A stretch of 64,000 nucleotides of DNA from Pocillopora damicornis (Eukaryota), in assembly GCF_003704095.1 (NCBI RefSeq), contig NW_020847344.1, positions 1-64,000 of the forward strand, written 5' to 3'. Of this stretch, positions 37,601-48,599 are shown one piece after another; the stretch's first letter is position 1; the number at the start of each line of letters is the position of its first letter. The notes under the pieces were generated by a model. It searched no databases. It was not told the origin of the DNA and saw only the letters and a program-made list of their open reading frames with translations. The position numbers were made by a program, and so were the translations under genes.

Positions 37601-39985
37601 GGAAAGTCAGCTAACGCCTTGTTTATGGAGAACAAACATTACACCGCAGCGTTCTCATGACGAAGAAAGGAAGGCAAAGGTAGAGGTACCTGTGTTTTAC
37701 ATCCCAGTAATCTACTCATCTATTAATTATAAATTACTTAAGCCTTACCTTCGTCTGGATCCCGAATGACGATTTTCCCTAAATGACACCACAGGTCAGC
37801 TTTGTGATAATTTCCGGACCCAATTTCCATTTTCAATTTCCTTAAGGATGTTAAAACTGTTTCGTTTATGGATGCATCATATTTTGCGACAGCTTGATTG
37901 AGCGCATAAGCTCCCTATAATTAAAATCGATCTTGTCAGATAGGGAAGCATTTCTTCCGTTGGGTTATTGTTTTTGTTTTGTTTTTGTTTTTTCCAGTTG
38001 CTTTGCCTTAGGATTATATCTAAAGTCTCGACGCCCATTACCTCCTTAATCTTGAAAATAAAACTAACTAAGCATCAGTAGTCAATTAGCTTGGTCATTA
38101 ACCTTATCCGCGTCTATTATTTAACCCTGAACGGTTTTTTTTTGGCAACGATATACCTGCACTGAGACAGAATTATTGCGGAGTGTTCAGCCATAAACAC
38201 CTTTCACCATTAGCCACTTTTTGCACAAACCTGTACAACCATATCGTATTCTTCACAAGGTTTCAAGCGATACTGTGATGAACTTCCTGCTGAAAGTATT
38301 AAGCGCTCCATTTCCTCAACAGGGACAAGCTGTAATTCACAATCTTCCGGGAGATTTTTATCGTCTATAAAGACGCAAATTCTGTTAGCCATGACTCTTC
38401 CCGCGGCCTAAAACAGAGCGAAAAAAACTAATCTGCCATGGATTTCTATGGAACTAGGGTTTACAATCAATGCAGGAAAATTGTTGACCTAACTGAAAAA
38501 AAGAGCTCCCCTCTGTGCTATAAATAAAAGAGATATCTCACATTTGGCAGGGTATCCAAAATCTTATTTTCTTTGACATGAAATAATGTCAGTGTTAAAC
38601 TCACCATTCTGCTTTTTATCACATACTCGGCATGCTTTGTGTTTCTCTTGGATCCACTTACATACAGCCGATGATCGGGTCCTATTGAACTTACTGCAGC
38701 TCCAGTCATAGTGCTAACATGTTGAAGATGGTCTCCATCTGGTCCTCTTACTAGTTTCTCAAACTTTTTTGGAATCACAATCGGTCGACCAGGGACGCTT
38801 TGATTTCTTGATAGAGTTTCCTTTGGAATCGAAAGTTCGTAAGAATGTACAATGTTTACAGAGAGTAGGAAAAGCAGGTTCTCACATACAAACAAAAAAC
38901 AGAGGCAGAAAGAAAGACATGACGACAAACAGAATCAGCGATAATTGACAACCACGCATGATCACGACTGTCTATTTAATTGGGTACCAAGCAAACTGAT
39001 TGACTGACTCTGGCTGAGATCATGACTGACTTCATTTCGGACTGATTGATTTACTGCATAACTTGTACTTATTGCAATAAGTTATACATCGGCGAAACAG
39101 GAAGACGACTAGGTGACCGATTCCAGGAACACCTTCGCGACGTGGAAAGAAATGACGAGGACGCATCCAAACCAGTCGCTAGACACTTTAATCTTCCTAA
39201 TCATTTTAAACAGCATATCGCAGTTTGCGCCCTTTCCTTACATCTAGGCAGTTCGGAAAGCCGTAAACCACACTAGAACAAAAATTTATCTTCCAAATCG
39301 GCACCCTTAATCCCCACGGAATCAACGAGCGCTTTTCCTTCAACTAATTTATTTCTGTTTTCTTGTCACCATATTCCCACCAATGGCGTAGCTCCACTTT
39401 TTGCATATAAACCCACACACAACCCACAATTCCTCCAATCGCTCTGACGAAGGGCTAACGCTCGAAACGTCAGCTTTTTTACCCTTTACGGTGGCTAACT
39501 TACGTTTTTCAACTCAGTTGTTAACACTAAATTACCTGCTGTACTCTCCCACCGACGCAGCACCTCAGTTTCTTTAGAAACTTACCCCTTTATTCATTTG
39601 ACTAAATGAATGACTAACTAGCTGACTAACAATCAGATTAACTGTATTCAAATAAATACAGATACTAGAAAATAGGAAAATCTAAGGAGTTACGACTACA
39701 GAAAAAGTTCCACTTCCTTTAATAGCTACCTACCAATTTCTTGTGAATTAACTCTTTTGCACGGGCCCTTTGCCTCTCATTACCACGAATAGCGAATCCG
39801 ATGCGACCTTCTTCTGACTGAGTACTGATCTTCGCCCCTGACGTTTCTTGTATTTGTTTTACTGTACTTCCTTTCTTGCCGATTATGAAGCCAATGTGGT
39901 TTTCAGCTACTGGTAGAAAATCGCAGGCTTCCTCTTGAGTGCTCCTTCTGAGATCGTCATTTGTATTTCTGTTCAGAACAGCCAT
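34663..39985 (-). CDS. KH-KH + putative TTM/CYTH-like domain protein, paralog A, 8 coding exons, ~555 aa
   Basis: Exons 39985-39734 (KH1, IIGKKGSTVKQIQETSGAKI), 38820-38605 (KH2, GPDG), 38407-38231, 37914-37749, 36961-36747 (GC donor), 36313-36094, 35559-35300, 34824-34663. The frame is open throughout and intron phases are identical to paralogs B and B'. Further upstream exon(s) are possible. Confidence 0.85.
34995..35215. repeat. Hairpin-containing interspersed repeat, second copy at ~37070-37300 (two introns of KH paralog A)
   Basis: Shared agaaat(c/t)gaaagcgaataat(t/c)taat...cataaatctacta...aaaac...tgttaggt...atagcgag, with a left arm agattattcgc complementary to gcgaataat. Confidence 0.6.
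37305..37430 (+). repeat. Degenerate Penelope terminal fragment
   Basis: ctcgaaacgtca...ttatcaacccagtt...ctttagaaacttaccccttt resembles 39461-39590. Contains a 10-N gap. Confidence 0.55.
39046..39595 (+). mobile_element. 3' remnant of a Penelope-like retroelement (GIY-YIG endonuclease fragment + terminal region) in intron 1 of KH paralog A
   Basis: IYCITCTYCNKLYIGETGRRLGDRFQEH is the Penelope GIY-YIG signature. It is frameshifted near 39270 and followed by a hammerhead motif. Confidence 0.9.
39441..39474 (+). ncRNA. Minimal type-I hammerhead ribozyme of the Penelope element
   Basis: gct-CTGACGA-agggctaacgctc-GAAA-c-GTC-agc: conserved core CUGANGA/GAAA/GUC, gct/agc stem I and a minimal palindromic stem III, as described for Penelope-like elements. 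Confidence 0.8.
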
Positions 39986-41814
39986 TATGGAAAATGTTTT
40001 TATTCTCACGTCATTTGCTAACAGCCCTCTAAAAATATTTACTTATTAAAAGCAACATAATGTAACAAGGAAACAAGAAATAATTCTCGAAATTGCAAAA
40101 TAAAGCCTGGAAACGTCCAGGCTTCGACGGGGCTCGACTCCGAGCCTTCACCTGGAGCACCCCTTAGTGTTTGACTCTCTGTCCTAGTTTCACCCTGAAT
40201 ATTTACATAATAAGGTGTGGAGCTTGCCAATCACACAGAGATTATGAGGAAATGCGAAAAAAAAAAAGCCACACAGATACGGCATTTGAAAAAATTGCGC
40301 AAATATACAATTTAAACTTTGTCGCTGACACAACAAAACGTTAACCTACATTGAAGTAATAAGTCATTAATAATTCATCTGTTACCCTGAAGGAACTGGT
40401 TATTATTATCGCCGTGGAAGGGGTCACGATAAAATTTTCATGATCCCTGTAAGGCTCTGTAATATTTTTGTCATCGCTCCATTAGCAATTAATCAGCAGT
40501 CAATTTTCTACTGATCCCCGTCAGCTACCCCTGANNNNNNNNNNNNNNNNNNNNNNNNNNNNNNNNNNNNNNNNNNNNNNNNNNNNNNNNNNNNNNNNNN
40601 NNNNNNNNNNNNNNNNNNNNNNNNNNNNNNNNNNTTGTCACTCCCTTTTTCCATGGTGCCGTTAAAATTATTCTTGTGTTGATAAATACAACTTGGCAAA
40701 CTAGAAACTTACACCATTTTCGAATGTCTATCATTCCTAAACCGGAAGTACTTCCGTTCTCGCTTCATTACCTTGACCCCAGTCCTCCCGGAACCGAGCG
40801 GTCAAACATTTTGCGAGTAAATAATCTAAGAAACAAAGTTAAGAAAAAAGGAAAGTACGGAAGCTGCTATCAAAATAACCAAAAAAGGGCCTTAATGTTC
40901 CTATGATGAGGAATATACATGCATCATGCGTCATCGCTGTGATAAGGGAAATGCATTTTTAAAGCCAATTTTTATCTTTTAAAAATATAAATTCCAAATA
41001 ATATTTATCAACATTACAAGGCCACATTAATACCCTTACTATTTATCAACATACATTCATCATGAAAACCAATCTATCCATTTACCTTTTATTGGTAAGT
41101 TTTTTTCGATGATTCAGGGATGAGTCTATAGTTATAGACTGCGAAGCACGTAAAAGGCACAGAGTGCATAATATCAAATACACGTCGTGTGTAACTAACT
41201 GTTTGACAGCCAATTGCTTTTCTCTTTTCGTTAGAGTTTAAAATGAAAGTGTCATAAACTTGACAAATGGATCTGTTTAATGACAAAGTGTTTGTCAAGC
41301 AAGGGATCGTACATGACTTTCCAGCTGGTTTCGAAAACGTGAAAAAGCTGTACCACGCTTCATTGTTAACTCACGATTTATTCACTTGATTTGATGATTT
41401 TACAACAACGCTTCGATTAACTCCCACTCACAACTCTCAGCTTATTCGAAAGAAACACACACAATGTCCCGCTGTAAGCACGTGCCAGAACAGTGCCATG
41501 TATGGGGCGATAAAACAGGTGCCGTATACATGTTGTTTGGTTATATATAGATTAACCGAAATCAAATCAAATTAAAGAATGCTTAACGTATCGTACAGTT
41601 TCCAACACTTAAGTTATTTTTTTGTATTTACAAATTTAAAGAATATAGGTTTTCCACTGTCCATCAGGCGCTCAAAGTTGTGCCGTTGCATCATTCCATC
41701 AAGCGCGTACTGCGTAGAATGGTAATGACGTCTTCTTGAGCCGCAGATTGAAGAGCATTCACATTTAGTTAATCTATTACATTTTAGTTATTAATCTCTA
41801 TACGCATCGTATAT

Positions 41815-42183
41815 TTAATTCTGCTCTTCAATTGTTTTTGGCTGACTTTCGCCTCCAATAGCCTCTTCATGAGGAGCCACGAGTGACTGAACTTTTCTCA
41901 GAAATTTTAGGAACGTCGGTAGCTTAGCAACGATCTGCTCTGGTTTCCAGTCTCCTTCATCAAAAGCGTCATCCCATTTTTTACAATACAGATGAATGTC
42001 CGTCTTTTTCACACAAAATCGAAAAAAAATAAATAAGAAAAAAATTAAAGCCCGTAAGACTTCCTTTGACTCAAAACAGATGACTAAAGGACTTAAAATG
42101 TGGGATAGTCAATCACTAACGAAACAATCAAGCTAACTGGTTTCAAAGCTGACGTTTTAGGCGTTGTCCTTTCGTCAGGGCTA

Positions 42184-42214
<31 letters not shown>

Positions 42215-45200
42215 GAAACTCTTAACGGTGGCCAATTAACGCTATCATCACAGTTGATGATGATACCAAATTGACTCTCTGAATGACTGATTGACGAATT
42301 GAGTGACTGACTGGCCAACTGGCTAACTAGCTTAATGTTTTGCTAGAGGAATGGCTAGTAGACTAGCTGGCGGACTGGCTAGCGGACTGACTGGCGGACT
42401 TGCTGGCGTATTGGCTGACTGATGAACTGATAGGGTTGACTAATTGACTGACTGACAAGCTGCCTGACGTATTGGTTGGCAGACCGTGATTGTCTGAGTA
42501 GCTGATTAACAGACTGACAGACTGACCGACTGACCAACTTTCAAATTAGCTGACCAGCGGACTGACTGGCCAAATCAGAGTTCTACAGTCGCTTTAATTT
42601 AGATATACTGAATGACTGTTCAGTATCAACTGCAGACGAGTGACATGGATCATAACACAAACAGCGGTGTATGACTAACATGGACGAAGAGAAAGCATAG
42701 CTTGATTGTAGTGATACGTACCCTTACTTCGGTTTCGTCCAAACTCCATACATCATTGTGATCAATATTTATGTCTTTAGCTTGCTCTTTACAAACAGTC
42801 AAGGCAAACTGTTCTTCATCCGTTGTTTCGTACTGGTATGTTCTTCTCCGACTGCGACGGCAGTAAAAAAGTTCAAATCCATCTGGAAGCTCGGAGGTTG
42901 GTGGTAACTTCAGTTTACTTTGATCAATCTTCATGTTCATCAAATAACTTTCAAGAATTCTGTCTTCTTCTTCAGCTTCTGGTGTCTGCGGAATATTTGG
43001 ATCTTGACAAAAATAAAAAGACATACTTTTAACTGAGACAATGTGATGTTTACAATGTGATACTTAGTTCCTTCCGTTATTTTTTTTCAGTGTTACTCTC
43101 CGTAAAAACTAGTCCCTTACACAGTCGAGCGTTTTTGACTTCATGATTTTTCTTCTGAGGTTCAGAAGAATAAATCATGGAGTCAAAAACGCTACTCAGT
43201 GCTGTAAGCTCCATTCATTAATTATTTTTTTGGTCGGTAAAACTGATGGCAAATATCATCCAATATTTCGCTCTTCTTTCTTTTTTTCTACCTTTTTAAA
43301 TGTCATTCGCAGTAAGTTTTCCATCCGCAATTAAAAAACTTATGAAATTAAAAGTTAATGCCGCTGAGAGCTGCGAGAAGCTGTTTATTACGTCTTTCTT
43401 GTCATAATTCACAGACTCACATGTTCTTATCGACAAACGGCAGTCAAATCCCTTGGAAGGCATCAAAATGTCTGCTATCATTCTTTGTTGAAAGTGAGAA
43501 TAAATATGGAAGCATGGTTCGTTCGATGTTCTTCTGGTCTCGTCTTCGGTTAACACACGAGTTAAGATGTTTTTAACAGGAATAGAAGCATTGCGAGAGA
43601 ACATTAGCGAAGGAGCTGTAGCACCCTCGTCCTCAGAATGTTCCTCCACCAGCCATGCCTGGCATAAAGAGAGAAACCAGAAAATTTGGGGAATTAAAAA
43701 CTAATTCCAATCAGTCTTTATTCAGGGAAGTAGACAGGCTTCTCTAAAAACAAGTGACAGTTTTTCCGGTGTCTTAGTTCCTCAGCGATGGGAGACTTAT
43801 TCCTTTAATTAAGAGGCTAGAATATAATTTAAGAGATTTTAACAACATACAGTTAACGTCCCTAATAAGGACAAACTGTCCGGATTCCTTAGAGACCATA
43901 TCGTTTTCACTGAACCTTGCAGATATAAACGAGAATACCCCTCTTCATTTCCTATTTGGCGATACTCGAATGTGTTTGATCAGAAGTAAAAATTCTTTTT
44001 TCCAGAAAGGACAATCCAAGTCCAGCGTCAGATGATGAAGAGAATCCTACGATATATATGGATGTTCTTATCTATTCTATTTACAGATTTAAAATACCTC
44101 AACACCAATATCTCGGCAAGAAGGAGTGTAGAATGCAAAGTCATATCTGATATCTTCAGTTGATGTGAAAGATTCAAGGTCCTTCTCAATTGCCTCAACT
44201 TCCATTCTCAAGACGCCTTCCTTGAAGATTGGCTTCCAGCTATTGCCATCCGCAGATTCAACTTTTTCTTGGATCTCCTTCAGGGTAAAAGTGTCTTCCT
44301 CTTCATCTGCAGCAACAGAAAAACCAAAGAAATAAAATCTTAGATTGACACCTCCACATTCCACTTTAATGCGAGTTACAGAACCAGGCGTTTTCGTTAA
44401 TCTTCTAATCCGATTTAAGATACTTCATCAGAGATTTTTCGATCAATTCATATGCTCCTTGTCCCTCTGCGGTGTTGTCCCCCCCTTTCCCCATTTCTCA
44501 CCTTCATCAATCTTAGTTATATAGGCGTGACCGAAACGACTCTTCATTTCTATCTTAACCTTGCCCCCTTCCACCTCCTCTTTGTGAATTTGTTTTAAAA
44601 CTCCACGGATCTTTTCTTTCAGACTTTCCGTGTTAGCAAAATCATCTGTTTCCTGTTAAGAAACAAGATGATTGTATTAATGTCTTTTGTAATAATTGTT
44701 GGATGTTGCTTGTTTTATTGCTTGGGAGGTTCATTTTTGTTTAGACGTTCTTGTCGATTCCCCTCAGTTTAAAAGTCGTTGTGTGCTATGACTTCATTAA
44801 AAAATCAAGCTTTCCGAAGTTATGAGCAAGCAATATGTCATTTCTCCAAATAAAAGAAACGACTTTAAACGAACGGCTGGGTCGACTTTCGGCGAGGAGG
44901 CTCGGAAGATTCCATCATAAGCCTGGTTTCTAGAAATGTCATGACAAAGGCGGGACAAAATGTGTTGAGAGCAAATACAGAAATGGAGAATTTCTGTAGT
45001 TATTGTCTTGTTCTAGGGCTATAGTTCTTTTTCATGTGGAGGTTTACAGCGAACACGTAGGAGGGCTTGCAACATGATAGGTCGAAACCTTCAGTTACCT
45101 ACTCATCGTATGAAATTAGTAATGTTTATATGTAGTGAATGATGTAGTCTAAACTGTGGCTAAAATTGAATGATTGATTTTCTAAGCAGTAACATTCACA

Positions 45201-47235
45201 ATATGTTTGTATGCATGGATCATTTTCTTTATTTAAGGTTAGCTTAGGGTTAGACAGTCGTTTTTTATACTAGATCAGCGAAAAGTCGGGCAGACCTTTC
45301 CTAGAGGATGTCCCAGTAGCTTTAGTTGGAAGGACTTATCTCCAGAGTCGGTGACTTGATCTGATTGTAGCTTCGAATTCTGCAGCTCAAACTCGTGGTT
45401 TTCTTTCAGCTGAGCAGTGTCCACGAAAACAAACCTTGCCGAAGGTTCAGTACTCTCTGAACGTTTCATTGCAAGATTCTTAAATGAAAAAAAAAATCGT
45501 TAATTGCTAATGGAGCATCACAACAGATCTACGTCCAATACTAAGAGCCTCTGGCTCGGAAGACTGTGCAAACACCTCCCACGTCTTCGACATTCAATAA
45601 AGCCACTGAATCCCTAATTTCCTATCGAGAGCCTTCTTGGGCTTACTCTCGTTTTTGGAAATCCCAGAGTGTGATGTCATGTCGCGAAGGTAACCCACGC
45701 TGAAATCCTCACTCGTTCTTCACCAAGACATTCAGGTAGCACGAGAGGTGAGCATACCTTAATTTTTAAGATAATTTGAAGAGGGATTACCGTTGTTACG
45801 AGGCCTTAAAATGTCTCTCTTAAAAGTGGGAGTCTCATTTGTATTCTAATACACTTATGTAAATTAGCCTACAGGGCCTTGACAGCACGTAGAAAACAAC
45901 GATAGAATTTTCTCCCCTAAGGGGAGGTTAAGATTATGTTCTGACCCTTTTTTTACTTGCGCACAAAAGACTGATAATTATGCCTGCAATTTTAAGAGAG
46001 GTCTTCCAGGTGGATTTGGATCCTTTGTCGTAAAACCAAAATTAACATAGTCGCAACAGCCAATCAGAAGAAAGAATGATGACACAGGGACACCAATACA
46101 CACTTACCACGATGGCCTTTATTTCTCTTATTGCTTTTTTTTCGCCCTCTCTTGGTCCTTTGAAGTACAGGCCAGGGCTGCTCCTGAAGGCTTTTAGAGT
46201 TACACCAGTCTTAGTTGAGATATTGTTCAACTTCTCATGTCCTTTCCCAATGACAACACCCATGAATTTGTCAGGTATGTCAACGTTGAGCTTCTTGAAC
46301 CCGCCTTTTTCGTTGTCTTGAGTACCCTACGGATCCGAACAAATATATAAACGTGTCTAGACTTGAAAAAAACCTAGGGAGAGAGAATACACGCAAGCTT
46401 TGAAGTTCTTGAGAATTTATATGTATAATTTGTGTAATAGTGATATTTGAATGTTGGGTAGCTGATGAAATTAAGGGAAGTTCAATGGTGGATCTGGAGA
46501 GTATAAAAGCAGCAGGCTGAGGAAAACTTGCCGTAAGATAGCCACCTCATTCATACCAATATTACATTTATATTAAATAAAAATACCTGCTTTCAAAGCA
46601 GTAAAAATCCAAGTGCCGAAAAAAGAGGGGCTCTGTGAGAATTTTACAGTCAAACCTCTCGACGTAGGTATCGATCTTTTTTTGTGGGTGATTTGCAACC
46701 CTCTTGGTTCTTTGATAAAAGTTTGTTTCTTAATTCGAAAACAAAAACATCCAATGTACAGTATCTAGAACAGTCAAGCGATTTGATAGTTCAATGGACA
46801 CTGAGTTAGATACAGACACTCGGCCTCCTTTCACCCACCAGCTCTTACCGTCACGATTTCTTTTATTATCTTTTCTGCATTTTCACATTGTTCTGCAGTG
46901 GAAAATTTGAGGAGTTACGTCTATATAAATAGTTCCACTTCCTTTAGTAGCCACTTACCAATTTCTCATTGATTAGGTCTCTTGCACGGGCCCTTTGCCT
47001 CTCATTACCACGAATAGCGAATCCGTTGCGACCTCTTTGTGACTGAGCACTGATCTTTGCCCCTGACGTTTCTTGTATTTGATTTATTGTACTTCCTTTC
47101 CTGCCGATTATGAAGCCAATGCGGTTTTCAGCTACTGGTAGAAATTCGTAGCCTTCCTCCTGAGTGCTCCTTTTAAGATCGTCATTTATATTTCTGTTCA
47201 GAACAGCCCTTATGGAAAAATGTTTTTATCCTCAT
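41815..47235 (-). CDS. KH-KH + putative TTM-like domain protein, chimeric paralog B' (A-type exon 1 + B-type exons 2-8); start codon defective in this assembly
   Basis: Exons ~47210-46959 (copy of A exon 1, GRKG KH), 46326-46108, 45478-45296, 44652-44502, 44306-44098, 43658-43421, 43002-42722, 42003-41815. All are open with intact splice sites. The A-type ATG reads AGG at 47208-47210, and the upstream ATG at 47235 is out of frame by one base. Confidence 0.7.
42139..42275. repeat. Penelope-terminus-derived inverted repeat with two degenerate hammerhead motifs back to back; paralogous copy at ~50588-50712
   Basis: gtttcaaagctgacgtt...ttcgtcag / ctaacgaagggctaacgcttgaaacgtcagctttgaaac forms a hairpin and matches the sequence at 39441-39530. 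Confidence 0.7.
42280..42570. repeat. Degenerate (GACT/GGCT)n simple repeat; paralogous copy at ~50715-50970
   Basis: Runs of gactgact/ctggct in intron 7 of B' and B. Confidence 0.75.
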
Positions 47236-47964
47236 GTCATTTACTAATACCCCTCTAAAAATAATGACCTTATAAGATTAACATAATCAATGAAAGAAAC
47301 AACAAATCATTCTCGAAATTACAAAATAAAGTCTGGAAACGTTCAGGCTTCAATGGGCTCAACTCCGAGCCTCCCTCTGAAGCCCCCCTTAGTGTTTGGC
47401 ACTCTCTCCCAACTTCACTCAATATATTTACATAATAAGGTGGGGAGCTTGCCAATCACGTAGGAATTACAAGGAAATGCAAAAACCAGCCACATAGATG
47501 CGGCATTTGAAAAATTTGTATAAATATGCAATTTAAACTTTGTTGCCGACACAACAAAACGTTACGCTGAGATACATTGAAGTAATCTGTCATTAATCAT
47601 TCATTTATCCCTCTCCAGGGATTGGTCACGAACGACAAACCAAATGAATCGAAAATAAGAGTAAACAGAAATTTAAATAGGAATAACAGGTGCCTCACAG
47701 TGGCGGCCTCACAAGAGAGACAATGAGACAATGTGAGGTTTATTTATCATTATGCGACAATGTTAGACAGATGCCGATACTTCGTTCCTTCCGAAATCGA
47801 AAATAAGAGTAAACAGAAATTTAAATGGGAATAACAGGCGCCTCACAGCGGCGCCCTCACAAGGTAATTTGGGAAAAATAATGTTTCTCGCTTGATGTGA
47901 GGGTTGACGAGATCTCTGTGAATGAAAATTCCTCTGACGAGGAACTAGTCGTGAATATTAATAT

Positions 47965-48382
47965 CGGTGTGACTAAATGCCTGGCAGCCGGGAACGTTCT
48001 CAAAAAAACTAAATGCCTGGCTGTCAAAAATTTTCACGCAACTCCCACCGAAAGGTTCCTTCAAACTTCTTAAGAGTATTAGATGTTTGTTAAGAAATGT
48101 CAAGCGATTACAAAAATTAATTTAGTTTTCCGTGGACAAATTCTCAGAGTTTGTTTATATCGCTCGACAACCGAGCGATATCATAGTGTGCACAAGCTCT
48201 GAGAATTTGTCCACTTAATAACCAAATAAATTTTTGGAATTGCTTGACATTCCTTAACAGACATTTGATTTTCTTAAGAAGTTTGAAAGAACCTTCCGGC
48301 GGAAATTGCGTGAAAATTTTTGACTGGCGGGCACTCAGTCTATTAGAGACCGTGCCTGGCTGCCGGGCATTTAATTACACCG
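47965..48382. mobile_element. ~420-bp imperfect palindrome (foldback/MITE)
   Basis: Arms pair along their whole length: cggtgtgactaaatgcctggcagcc with ggctgccgggcatttaattacaccg, aaaaattttcacgcaa with ttgcgtgaaaattttt, gtggacaaattctcagag with ctctgagaatttgtccac. Centre tatcgctcg-acaac-cgagcgata. Confidence 0.85.
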
Positions 48383-48574
48383 TATAAATACTCCTTGCCC
48401 ATTTAAACCGTCAGTTCGAAATTCATTTGTTTTACCTCGCTTTGCTGCCATTCGTCGATTCCTTGCGACTTTCACTCCTTTTGTCCATGGTGCTATTAAA
48501 ATTATTCTTTTACTGACAAATAAAACTTAGCAAAGTAGAAACTTATACCAATATCGATGTCTATCATTCCTAAA

Positions 48575-48599
48575 CCGGAAGTACTTTCGCTTTCGCTTC
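48575..48599 (-). promoter_or_regulatory. Ets site (CCGGAAGT) abutting an ISRE-like element (GAAAGCGAAAGT) in the putative B' promoter
   Basis: ccggaagtactttcgctttcgcttc matches GAAANNGAAA. The paralogous site at 40742-40766 keeps the Ets site but not the ISRE. Confidence 0.5.

Noticed and set aside
40039-40230. Conserved ORF pair MASSTPYY/MASSPPYY (also 47270-47455)
   Set aside because: TTG starts and frames that diverge after an indel; the duplication explains the similarity. Part could still be an upstream or UTR exon.
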